DNA of 32,000 bases. It comes from Nitrosococcus oceani ATCC 19707. Its GTDB lineage: Bacteria; Pseudomonadota; Gammaproteobacteria; Nitrosococcales; Nitrosococcaceae. The notes beneath the pieces are model-generated. The model was not told the DNA's origin. It ran no database searches and worked only from the letters and a program-made list of their open reading frames with translations. Location of the stretch: assembly GCF_000012805.1 (NCBI RefSeq), contig NC_007484.1, positions 1,650,001 through 1,682,000 of the forward strand, written 5' to 3'. This document shows, piece by piece, positions 1 through 8,200 of the stretch (the first letter of the stretch is position 1; each line of letters starts with the position of its first letter). Made by a program: the position numbers and the translations under genes.

Positions 1-1
1 G

Positions 2-157
2 GGATATCGCTTTGCGCTGGGGCCGGTACAGTATGCTGTTTTCCTGCGGGGGACAAATCTCTTAAACGAGAAAGCTCGGCGCCATACTTCCTTTTTAAAA
101 AATCAGGCTCCTTTACCAGGCCGTTCAGCCATGGTGGGAGTAAACGCGACTTTCTAA
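2..157 (+). CDS. 3' end of an unidentified CDS (partial, runs off the left edge); strand ambiguous
   Basis: Frame 2 is open from the window edge to TAA at 155-157 (...GYRFALGPVQYAVFLRGTNLL...VNATF*). No motif recognised. A minus-strand frame is also open from an ATG at 200-198 (inside the miniature element) to the window edge, so strand assignment is unresolved. Confidence 0.25.
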   Translation, partial: GYRFALGPVQYAVFLRGTNLLNEKARRHTSFLKNQAPLPGRSAMVGVNATF

Positions 158-185
158 CTTCTGTTGGCTTGCTTTTCTCAGCAAT

Positions 186-463
186 TTGGAGTTTCGCCAT
201 GAATTCGCGCTTCAACGGGCGCTTTGGGTTGGCCACGACTTAGCGCGCAAGACCCTCCATTGGGTATTACCCTCCACGGGCATCACTTCCCGGCCTTCCG
301 CCGGTAGGTCGCCCTCTTGGCAATGGGAAAATGTACCGCGAATTCATGGCGAAACGCGGGTAATGTTGGCCCTCGTGTTCGGCGTGCCGTTTCACTTCGC
401 CTGCCTGCAGCAGGCAGGCGAGCTCACTAGGGGGTTGCTGAACATCCATGTTTAGCTTCAATG
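186..463 (-). mobile_element. tnpB-less miniature derivative (copy 1) of the IS1341-type element at 19785-21240: left end fused to the right-end/omega-RNA region
   Basis: On the minus strand it begins CATTGAAGCTAAACATGGATGT...GAAGTGAAAC, matching 19785-19850 upstream of tnpB-2. It ends ...CTACCGGCGGAAGGCCGGGAAGTGATGCCCGTGGAGGGTAATACCCAA...GCGCGAATTCATGGCGAAACTCCAA, matching 21088-21240 (tnpB-2 3' end plus tail). There is no tnpB. Track ORFs 186..455(+) and 267..512(-) lie inside it. Confidence 0.8.
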
Positions 464-1527
464 TGTTTTTCTGGCATTTGCCGCCGCTTCTGTATGGCGC
501 GGGCAAATTCACGAAGTAACTGCTCGCTTTCCTCCCAGCCTATACAGGCATCGGTGATGCTTTGGCCATAGGTAAGAGGGGTGTTTGGGATGACGTCCTG
601 GCGTCCTGCTACGAGATGGCTTTCCAGCATAACCCCCATGATTCGCCTATCGCCCGCAGCAATTTGTCCCGCAATATCCCTGGCAACCAGAACTTGCTTC
701 TTGGGATTCTTGCTGCTGTTGCCATGGCTGCAATCAATCATGACTTGAGGCCGAAGGCCCGTTTGAATAAGATTATGGGCCGTCTCGTTGACGCTTGCTG
801 CATCGTAATTAGGTTTCTGCCCACCCCGTAAAATGAGATGGCAATCTGGATTTCCGGCAGTTGAAAAAATAGCCGAACGGCCAGCCAAGGTGAGGGAGAG
901 AAAATGATGGGGCTTTGAGGCCGAGACGATAGCGGACATGGCGGCACCTAAGCTGCCGTTGGTCGCATTCTTAAAGCCAACCGGACATGAGAGTCCCGAG
1001 GCGAGTTCCCGATGCACTTGACTTTCAGTTGTGCGAGCCCCGATTGCGCCCCAGGCAATTAGATCAGCGATATATTGTGGGCTAACGAGATCCAGGTATT
1101 CGGTGCCTGCCGGCACACCTGTTTCGGCCAGATCCAACAGCAGCCTGCGGGCCAAGCGCAAGCCTTCATTAATCTGAAAGCTGCCGTCCAAATGGGGATC
1201 GTTAATAAGCCCTTTCCAGCCTACTGTAGAGCGAGGTTTCTCAAAATAAACGCGCATGACGATGAGCAATTCATCGGCAAGCTCATCAATTAGTAGCTTG
1301 AGTCTTTTCCCATAATCCCGTGCAGCCTGGGGATCATGGATGGAGCAGGGGCCAGCGACCACCAGCAGGCGGTCATCTTTCCCGCCGAGCACTTCCTGAA
1401 TGGCTTGCCGGGTTCGATAGACTGTTTTTGATGCCTCGCTGGTAATGGGCAAGCCTTCATGGAGTTGGGCCGGGGGAATAACTTCTTGAATGTTCTTAAT
1501 GCGAAGATCTTCAGTAGGAAAGCTCAT
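427..1527 (-). CDS. 3-deoxy-7-phosphoheptulonate (DAHP) synthase, class I (AroG/F/H type)
   Basis: 366-aa ORF. The N-terminus MSFPTEDLRIKNIQEVIPP resembles E. coli AroG (MNYQNDDLRIKEIKELLPP). It also has FEKPRSTVGWKGLINDP and GLSCPVGFKN motifs. The last 11 codons and the stop (427-462) lie inside miniature element copy 1. Confidence 0.93.
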   Translation of the reverse strand: MSFPTEDLRIKNIQEVIPPAQLHEGLPITSEASKTVYRTRQAIQEVLGGKDDRLLVVAGPCSIHDPQAARDYGKRLKLLIDELADELLIVMRVYFEKPRSTVGWKGLINDPHLDGSFQINEGLRLARRLLLDLAETGVPAGTEYLDLVSPQYIADLIAWGAIGARTTESQVHRELASGLSCPVGFKNATNGSLGAAMSAIVSASKPHHFLSLTLAGRSAIFSTAGNPDCHLILRGGQKPNYDAASVNETAHNLIQTGLRPQVMIDCSHGNSSKNPKKQVLVARDIAGQIAAGDRRIMGVMLESHLVAGRQDVIPNTPLTYGQSITDACIGWEESEQLLREFARAIQKRRQMPEKHIEAKHGCSATP

Positions 1528-1609
1528 AGGTTAATTATTTCCGTTACGCTAACGCCCTATTTTACTTGCTGTTCAATTCGGGCACGATCATTTATGAATA
1601 TACGAAATG

Positions 1610-3076
1610 CTACTGAAACAGTTCAGCGTTGAGGGTAAGATGGACCCAGATGCTAGCTCCATAGCCTAAGGCAATAGCCCAGATCCATTTCAAATGGGCA
1701 AAAAAAGTATAAACTCCCCGGGCTTGGCCCATCACTGCTACTCCCGCTGCTGAACCGATGGAAAGCAATGAGCCCCCAACCCCAGCGGTCAGGGTTACTA
1801 ACAGCCATTGGCCGTGTCCCATGTCCGGCTCCATGGAGAGTACCGCAAACATGACCGGGATATTATCTACGATAGCAGAGAGTATGCCTACTAGAATATT
1901 GGCGGTGGTTGGTCCTAGATCCACGTACATGAATTGGGAACCTAGCGCCAGATAGCCAATGGCGCCCAATCCACCGACACAAAGAATAATGCCATAGAAG
2001 AACATCAGAGTATCCCATTCCGCCCGTTCTAATTGCTCAAATATGTTAAATGGCTTGGCAACGGGTTGGGGTTGCCCGCCGTTTTGCACTTTTTTACCAT
2101 CCCACTGTGTTAAAGGGCTGAGTGTGGCTTGATCGCGGCGCTTGAGGTAGTAACCAAAGAATTTAAGCAGCCCCAGTCCGGTCATCATGCCCAACACGGG
2201 CGGCAAGTGGAGGAAATTATGGAAGCTAACCGCCATGGTAATCGTGACGATAAACAGGCCGACGACGATCCAGGCGCCGTTTTTCAGCGCCACATGCTCA
2301 TCCAGGGCCGGCGGGCGCGCTTTAGGAACAGCAAAGGCCATAAACGCTGCGGGCACCAACCAATTAACCACAGAGGGCAGGAACAAGACAAAAAACTCTT
2401 GAAATTCCACTATACCCTTCTGCCATACCATAAGGGTTGTGATGTCGCCAAAAGGACTGAAGGCGCCTCCCGCATTGGCCGCCACTACCACATTGGTGCA
2501 AGCGACTACGACAAAGTGGTGATTGCTGCCTCCAACCGCCATGACCACCGTTGCCATCAATAGGGCTGTGGTAAGGTTATCGGCGATAGGGGAGATAAAA
2601 AAAGCAAGCAAGCCCGTCAGCCAGAAGATGGTGCGCAGGGAGAAGCCTTGTGAAACCAGCCAAGCACGCAGAACCTCGAATACTCTTCGCTCGGCCATGG
2701 TGTTAATATAGGTCATAGCCGCCAGCAAAAATAAAAAGAGTTCCACAAACTCCAGCAAGTTATGACGAAGGGCTTCCCCGGCTGCCCCAGGCGTTCCGTT
2801 TTGGACCTCCGCGGCTGCAACAAGCGCCCAGATAATGCCCGCAGCGACAATTACCGGTTTGGATTTTCGTAAGTGTAGCCGCTCCTCCAGGATTACTATC
2901 CCATAGGCCATTACGAAGATGAACAGCGCGCTATAGCCTGCCCAATGCTGGGTGAGATCGAGAGATTCAGATGCCTCGGCCGCGAAGCTCAACTCCGGCG
3001 CGATAAAGAGGGCCAACAGCATCCCAAGTGCTCGGCTCTTCTCCAGCAAGGCAATTTGAGAAAAGGCTCGGTGCAT
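1610..3076 (-). CDS. nhaD: NhaD-family Na+/H+ antiporter
   Basis: 488-aa polytopic membrane ORF with the NhaD-like N-terminal signature ...ILEERLHLRKSKPV... and many hydrophobic helices. Same direction as the downstream DAHP synthase gene. Confidence 0.75.
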   Translation of the reverse strand: MHRAFSQIALLEKSRALGMLLALFIAPELSFAAEASESLDLTQHWAGYSALFIFVMAYGIVILEERLHLRKSKPVIVAAGIIWALVAAAEVQNGTPGAAGEALRHNLLEFVELFLFLLAAMTYINTMAERRVFEVLRAWLVSQGFSLRTIFWLTGLLAFFISPIADNLTTALLMATVVMAVGGSNHHFVVVACTNVVVAANAGGAFSPFGDITTLMVWQKGIVEFQEFFVLFLPSVVNWLVPAAFMAFAVPKARPPALDEHVALKNGAWIVVGLFIVTITMAVSFHNFLHLPPVLGMMTGLGLLKFFGYYLKRRDQATLSPLTQWDGKKVQNGGQPQPVAKPFNIFEQLERAEWDTLMFFYGIILCVGGLGAIGYLALGSQFMYVDLGPTTANILVGILSAIVDNIPVMFAVLSMEPDMGHGQWLLVTLTAGVGGSLLSIGSAAGVAVMGQARGVYTFFAHLKWIWAIALGYGASIWVHLTLNAELFQ

Positions 3077-3265
3077 TACTTATCCTTGATTAATAAAAAA
3101 ATAATGGTCAATGATACCTTAAGTCAAAACAGCGGTAAGTACTTATGATTGAGAATAGGCACAAACGCCAACTTCCTAGAGGAAATTTGGCAAGTTGTTG
3201 GTTTCTTAAAGAATATTATTACCGCGAGTTATCTATATATATTTTTTGAGCAAGGTGGTTGAGCG

Positions 3266-5080
3266 ATGTCGTTTATTCATTATCGCATTATTCCCAAAAA
3301 TCCCCAGGCCCACCTGTTCCAGGTGACGCTTACTATTTTAGAGCCTGCTCCCGAAGGCCAGTGTTTGTCGCTACCGGCATGGATTCCTGGGAGCTATTTG
3401 ATCCGCGATTTTGCCAAGCACGTGGTCCAGCTTAGGGCCGAATCCCAAGGGCATCCCCTTCCCGTCGAAAAATTGAGCAAATCTCTCTGGCAATGCGCGC
3501 CGAGCGGGGGGCCAGTGACAATTAACTATGAGGTCTATGCCTGGGACAGCTCTGTGCGGGCCGCCCATCTGGACACCTTCCATGGTTTTTTCAACGGAAC
3601 CAGCGTTTTTCTGCGGGTAGAAGGGCAGGCTCATGAACCCTGCACCGTCACCCTTTTACCGCCAGAGGGGGAAACTTACCGCCACTGGCGGGTGGCTACC
3701 GCTTTACCTCGGGCTGGCGCCGAGCCGTATGGTTTTGGCGACTATCAGGCGGGGGACTATGAGGAACTGGTTGATCATCCCGTGGAAATGGGTGAGTTTA
3801 GCCTGGTTACCTTCGAGGCTTGCGGCGTTCCCCACGATATCGCCATCACCGGCCGTCATCGGGCTGATATGGAACGTCTGAGCCGGGATCTGAAGATCTT
3901 ATGCGAGCACCATATCCGCTTCTTCGGTGAACCAGCGCCTATGGATCGGTATGTCTTTTTGGTGACCGCCGTGGGCGAAGGATATGGGGGACTGGAACAT
4001 CGAGCTTCGTGTGCTTTGTTATGCAATCGGAGCGACTTGCCCCAAGCAGGAGAAACCGAAGTTGGGGAAGGTTACCGGAATTTTCTTGGCCTATGCAGTC
4101 ATGAATATTTCCATACCTGGAATATCAAGCGTATCAAGCCCGCCGCTTTTGTCCCTTACGATCTTCAGCAAGAGAATTACACCCGCCTGCTTTGGGCTTT
4201 TGAAGGGATTACCTCCTATTATGACGATCTGGGGCTGGTGCGCTCGGGGCTGATTAGCCAAGAGAGTTATTTGGAGTTGCTGGGACAGACCATCACCCGG
4301 GTGTTGCGAGGCTCGGGCCGGCTTAAGCAAAATCTAGCCGAATCCAGCTTTGATGCCTGGACGAAATTTTACCAGCAGGATGAAAATGCTCCCAATGCTA
4401 TCGTGAGTTACTATACCAAGGGTGCATTGGTAGCCCTGGCGCTGGATCTAACCCTGCGGTGGGAAACCCACGGCGAGTGTTCCTTGGATGGGGTGATGCG
4501 GGCATTATGGGAAAGTTATGGTAAGACGGGGGTAGGCGTGCCTGAAGACGGGGTAGAACGTCAGGTTGCCGAGGTTTCAGGATTGGATATAACGGATTTC
4601 TTTGAAGTAGCGCTGCGGCGGGCGGAGGATCTTCCCTTGCAAGCGCTGTTGGCCCAGGTAGGGATTTGCTATGCCCTGCGCGTCCCGGAATCCAGTGATG
4701 ATAAAGGCGGCAAGCCTGGCAAAGGGGGCACGCCTCGCGCTAGGCTAGGCATCCGCTTGGTTCCGAATGAAAAAGAGGCCAGGATCAGCCAAGTCTTCGA
4801 TGAGAGCGCGGCTCAATGGGCCGGGCTCTCAGCCGGGGATAGCCTCATTGCCGTAGATGGTATCAGGGTGACCGCCAGCAATTTGGAGAAAGTCATTAGC
4901 TCTTATCCAGGAGGAGCGAGAGTTATCATCCATGCTTTTCGGCGGGATGAATTGCGGGAGTTTGAGGCTGCTTTGCAACTGCCTCCCAAGGATACCTGCG
5001 TGCTGACTATTGATGAAGACGCCTCCCCAACCGCTGTAGTGGCCCGGGAGGCTTGGTTATTGGAGTTTCGCCATGACTGA
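3266..5080 (+). CDS. M61 family (glycyl aminopeptidase-like) zinc metallopeptidase with C-terminal PDZ domain
   Basis: 604-aa ORF with HExxH zinc motif HEYFHTWN. PDZ-like segment LGIRLVPNEKEARISQVFDESAAQWAGLSAGDSLIAVDG. RBS AAGGTGG lies upstream of the ATG. The last 6 codons and stop (5060-5080, LEFRHD*) are supplied by miniature element copy 2. Confidence 0.88.
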   Translation: MSFIHYRIIPKNPQAHLFQVTLTILEPAPEGQCLSLPAWIPGSYLIRDFAKHVVQLRAESQGHPLPVEKLSKSLWQCAPSGGPVTINYEVYAWDSSVRAAHLDTFHGFFNGTSVFLRVEGQAHEPCTVTLLPPEGETYRHWRVATALPRAGAEPYGFGDYQAGDYEELVDHPVEMGEFSLVTFEACGVPHDIAITGRHRADMERLSRDLKILCEHHIRFFGEPAPMDRYVFLVTAVGEGYGGLEHRASCALLCNRSDLPQAGETEVGEGYRNFLGLCSHEYFHTWNIKRIKPAAFVPYDLQQENYTRLLWAFEGITSYYDDLGLVRSGLISQESYLELLGQTITRVLRGSGRLKQNLAESSFDAWTKFYQQDENAPNAIVSYYTKGALVALALDLTLRWETHGECSLDGVMRALWESYGKTGVGVPEDGVERQVAEVSGLDITDFFEVALRRAEDLPLQALLAQVGICYALRVPESSDDKGGKPGKGGTPRARLGIRLVPNEKEARISQVFDESAAQWAGLSAGDSLIAVDGIRVTASNLEKVISSYPGGARVIIHAFRRDELREFEAALQLPPKDTCVLTIDEDASPTAVVAREAWLLEFRHD

Positions 5081-5362
5081 TGTCGATTTTGTTCCTACAA
5101 AACCTCATCCGCCTGGAGAATTCGCGCTTCAATGGGTGCCTTGGGCTGGCCACGACTTAGCGCGCAAGGCCCTCGGTTGGGTATCACCCTCCACGCGCAT
5201 CACTTCCCCTCCTACCGAGGGTAGGTCGCGCTCTTGGCAACAGGGAAAATATACCGCCAATTGTGGGCGAAACGCAAGTCATGTTGGCCCTCGCGCTCGA
5301 TGCGCCGTTTCACTTCGCACTCTCACTGGGGGGTCATTCAACATCCATGTTTAATTCCAATG
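5060..5362 (-). mobile_element. tnpB-less miniature derivative (copy 2) of the IS1341-type element
   Basis: Minus strand: CATTGGAATTAAACATGGATGTTGAATGACCCCCCAGTGAGAGTGCGAAGTGAAAC ... GGGGAAGTGATGCGCGTGGAGGGTGATACCCAACC ... GCGCGAATTC...GTCATGGCGAAACTCCAA. It is collinear with copy 1 and with the ends of the tnpB-2 element. It carries about 45 extra nt in the right-end tail relative to copy 1. Track ORF 5073..5354 lies inside it. Confidence 0.8.
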
Positions 5363-5402
5363 CTCAAGTATCCTAGCGACAGCCGCGGAAAAGGGGGTTA
5401 AG

Positions 5403-5987
5403 GTGAGCCCATGTAAAATACTACTAGTGGATGATGAGCGCTTCGTCCTTTCAATGCTGGCACAGGGATTACGTAACGTTGGTTATGAAGTGTTTGAAGC
5501 AGTCTCCGGTCAGGCGGCCATGCTTTTTGCCGAGGAGGTCAAGCCTACTATTGCGGTTGTGGATATTCGCATGCCGGAGATGTCAGGTATAGAAGTGGGC
5601 CACTGGTTCAGGAGGCAAGGGATTCCTTTCATTTTTCTCTCTGCCTACGATGATAATGAAACAGTAAAAATGGCTGCCAAAGCAGGCGCGTTAGGCTATC
5701 TTGTTAAGCCTATCGGAGTTCCTCAGTTATTACCCACCATCCATGCTGCCAGAGAACGCGCCGATGAAATTGGAAGGCTTAAGGAAACGGAATCCCAATT
5801 GAATGCGGCCCTAAGAGGGAGTCGGGAAATTAGTATCGCGGTAGGGCTATTAATGGAGCGTTACCACCTTACCGAGAAAGATGCCTTTGAGCGCCTGCGG
5901 ACCCATGCCAGAGTACAACGCTGCAAGTTACACGATTTAGCGCGAAATATTATAGGCGCCAGTGAGCAACTTAATTGTTTTAAGTAA
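5403..5987 (+). CDS. Response regulator with receiver and ANTAR RNA-binding output domains (PdtaR/AmiR-like)
   Basis: Receiver motifs ILLVDDE...VVDIRMPEMSG...LVKP. C-terminal ANTAR-like segment REISIAVGLLMERYHLTEKDAFERLRTHARVQRCKLHDLARNII. GTG start with AAGGGGG RBS. Confidence 0.88.
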   Translation: MSPCKILLVDDERFVLSMLAQGLRNVGYEVFEAVSGQAAMLFAEEVKPTIAVVDIRMPEMSGIEVGHWFRRQGIPFIFLSAYDDNETVKMAAKAGALGYLVKPIGVPQLLPTIHAARERADEIGRLKETESQLNAALRGSREISIAVGLLMERYHLTEKDAFERLRTHARVQRCKLHDLARNIIGASEQLNCFK

Positions 5988-5996
5988 GGTATAAAA

Positions 5997-7583
5997 TTGA
6001 GCAATTCTGGGGTAGACCAGAAGCGGGTTAAAGGCAAAGCTACGCTTAATTTAGTTGCCGATTGCGCGAAGGAAGTGTGCCGAAGTGAAGGATGGGTCGA
6101 TGGAGTGACGGCAGTGTTAGAGCGTATCGGCAAGGAATTTTCTCTGGGCCGTGCGTACGTAGCGGAATACCTGCTTACAGAATCCTCTGAATTACAGCTG
6201 TTCATTCATCAGGAGTGGCCAAAGTGTTACGGGAAGCTTGCTATTGGCAGCTCTAAGAAAAAGCAAGTTTTTTTGGGACGTAGAGAAGTTATCCACAAGT
6301 GGTGGCAGAGCTTGTCCCAGCAAAAAATACTGCCGATCAAGATAAATAATTTTCCATGGGAAGCGCGCCTCGAACTTGGCTCCGCAGAGGGAGGCACTTT
6401 GTTGGCTATTCTCCTTGTTGTGGAGGGGAAACCATGGGGCCTTTTGGGTTGTTATGAAAACTCAGAGCGTTGTTGGAATAAGCAAGAGATAATAGCATTA
6501 CAGCTCGTTGGAAAGATTCTGTCAGCTTCTATTGAACGGGGTAACAAGCTTAGACAGAGAATGGAAAGGCGGGAGAAACTCGCAAAATTAGTTGAAAAAA
6601 TTCCTGAGATTTTTTGGGCGCTGGAGAATAATAAACTAAAGCTATTATATGTTAGTCCTGCATTTGAGCGGATGTGGGGTTGTTCGCAAAAAGAACTTGC
6701 CAGCAACCCGGTAGGATTTCTAAAAAACACCCATCCTGAAGAGAGAAGCTGTAGCGAGGAAGGTATCTTTAGCTCGAATTTTTTGCAAAAACAAAGAGAA
6801 TCCTCGATTCATGAAGAGCAATTTCGCATCCTCACCCCGGATGGTAAAACCCGGTGGATTAATATGCGTAACTCAATTTTAATTGAGGGGAAGGAGAGCA
6901 CCGGACTGATGATGGGGTTGGCAACGGATGTTACTGAATACAAACAGCAGGAAATGCGTTGGTTGAGCCAGAGGGAGTCATTGATAGGGGAGGTACATCA
7001 TCGGATAAAAAATCATCTCCAGGGACTGATGGGTCTATTGGAGCAGCATATCCACCATGCTCCCGAGCTAGCTCAACCTATCCAATCGGCCATTAGCCAG
7101 ATTGCTGCAGTGTCTGCTATCCATGGTCTTCAGGCGAGCAATAAAGGTGGCCAGATAAAATTAGCAGAAACGGTGGAAGCGATTTGTCAGAATACCGCCC
7201 GGCTCGCTGATTGCAGTATCCATCTGGATGTTATTCAGTCAGCTGGCCTTGTTATCATCGTGGAGCAGGAAGCCGTTCCAGTGGCCCTTATCGTCAACGA
7301 ATTGGTACTAAACGCCTGCAAGCACAGGAATTCAAACAAGGGAGAGATCCAGGTGCGGGTAACCATGAATGCTCCCAGGAAAAGCGCTGAGCTGCTAATT
7401 CGCAATAACAAAGCCCATTTGCATAAAGAGTTTGATTTTAATTCAGGCCAAGGGCTTGGCACAGGGTTGGGATTGGTCAAATCGTTACTGCCTCCCGTGG
7501 GCGCAATGCTTACCATTAAAGAGCGCGAAGGTGGAGTTGAAGCCTGCTTTAAGCTAAGTTTACCCGTCCTTCGGTCTGCCTAA
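5997..7583 (+). CDS. Sensor histidine kinase, GAF + PAS + HisKA_2/HWE-type kinase core (PdtaS-like)
   Basis: 528 aa, soluble-looking. H-box EVHHRIKNHLQGLMGLL. ATPase G-box GQGLGTGLGLVKSL. PAS-like segment ...FWALENNKLKLLYVSPAFERMWG.... It starts 10 nt after the regulator stop. The TTG start is uncertain. Confidence 0.85.
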   Translation: MSNSGVDQKRVKGKATLNLVADCAKEVCRSEGWVDGVTAVLERIGKEFSLGRAYVAEYLLTESSELQLFIHQEWPKCYGKLAIGSSKKKQVFLGRREVIHKWWQSLSQQKILPIKINNFPWEARLELGSAEGGTLLAILLVVEGKPWGLLGCYENSERCWNKQEIIALQLVGKILSASIERGNKLRQRMERREKLAKLVEKIPEIFWALENNKLKLLYVSPAFERMWGCSQKELASNPVGFLKNTHPEERSCSEEGIFSSNFLQKQRESSIHEEQFRILTPDGKTRWINMRNSILIEGKESTGLMMGLATDVTEYKQQEMRWLSQRESLIGEVHHRIKNHLQGLMGLLEQHIHHAPELAQPIQSAISQIAAVSAIHGLQASNKGGQIKLAETVEAICQNTARLADCSIHLDVIQSAGLVIIVEQEAVPVALIVNELVLNACKHRNSNKGEIQVRVTMNAPRKSAELLIRNNKAHLHKEFDFNSGQGLGTGLGLVKSLLPPVGAMLTIKEREGGVEACFKLSLPVLRSA

Positions 7584-7585
7584 CA

Positions 7586-7900
7586 TTGGAGTTTGGCAAT
7601 GACTGGCTGCGGCTCGCTCTCTCTTCGCCTTGTTAAGCTGGCCAATTTGCGTTTCCTCGCAGCCCTCGGGCAAGCTGGGCCTGCCTGCCGCAATTAGAGG
7701 GGGCGTCATACTTCCCTGCCTTCCTGAATGTTTCTAGGTGTCGGTATTCAGCTTTGAGAGTATCCTTTAACACATCTTCCTAATAACTTGACACCGTTAA
7801 CTCCTTTGTCATACCGTATCCAGAATATGTTGGCCCTAGACCTCGGCAGCATGTCATAGAAATGACGATTCTATGTGTTTCCCCAGGGATATTACCCTGT
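7586..7900 (-). mobile_element. Degenerate third miniature copy of the same element family (boundaries approximate)
   Basis: It starts 3 nt after the kinase stop with TTGGAGTTTGGCAATGAC (compare TTGGAGTTTCGCCATGAC in copy 2). Further matches: CGCCTTG..GC...CAATTTGCGTTTCC to the reverse complement of 21170-21200, GTCATACTTCCCTGCCTTCC to 21097-21117, and AATATGTTGGCCCTAGACCTCGGC (about 7823) to the left-end motif GTAATGTTGGCCCTCGTGTTCGGC. Heavily diverged. Confidence 0.5.
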
Positions 7901-8200
7901 TGTGTATGCGCCTCTGTCCCAGCCCCCGATGGCGTATTGTTGCAAGTAGAGAAAATCTATAAGCCTGGATAGGATTAAATTTTTCAGATCCTGAAAAACA
8001 ATAATCTGTCGGCGTTAATTTTAAAAACGCCTGAGTTTCCGGAATGCTTTAGTCTATTAACAGACTGATTTGCCATGACTTGCGAAAATAACATCCTTTG
8101 CTATCTCTACGAAAAAAGCACCCCTTTACCAACATGAAGAAGCGACTGGCTATTTATGAAATTTGCCCGGTAGGGCGGTAGCGTGCTTAAGGCGTTGAAT

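Noticed and set aside
1-200. Minus-strand ORF starting at ATG 200-198 (MAKLQIAEKSKPTEVRKSRLLPPWLNGLVKEPDF...) and running off the left edge.
   Set aside because: Not fully rejected. The ATG lies inside the element's right end; the equivalent ATG in copy 2 is followed almost immediately by a stop, and the degenerate copy lacks it. I could not recognise the product. The plus-strand alternative (2-157) is equally unproven, so both are kept at low confidence.
186-512. Track ORFs 186..455(+) and 267..512(-), with the similar ORFs 5073..5354(+) and 19586..19903(-), as a small protein family.
   Set aside because: Their similarity is at the nucleotide level and includes frame-breaking indels. They coincide with the non-coding ends of the tnpB element family, and their translations are low-complexity and Arg/Pro/Gly-rich.
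7980-8031. Hairpins TTTTTCAG-ATC-CTGAAAAA (7980-7998) and GGCGTT-N9-AACGCC (8011-8031) as an ANTAR target or intrinsic terminator.
   Set aside because: The loops are not hexaloops with the A1/G4 pattern, the stems are AT-rich or short, and no U-tract follows. Evidence is insufficient.
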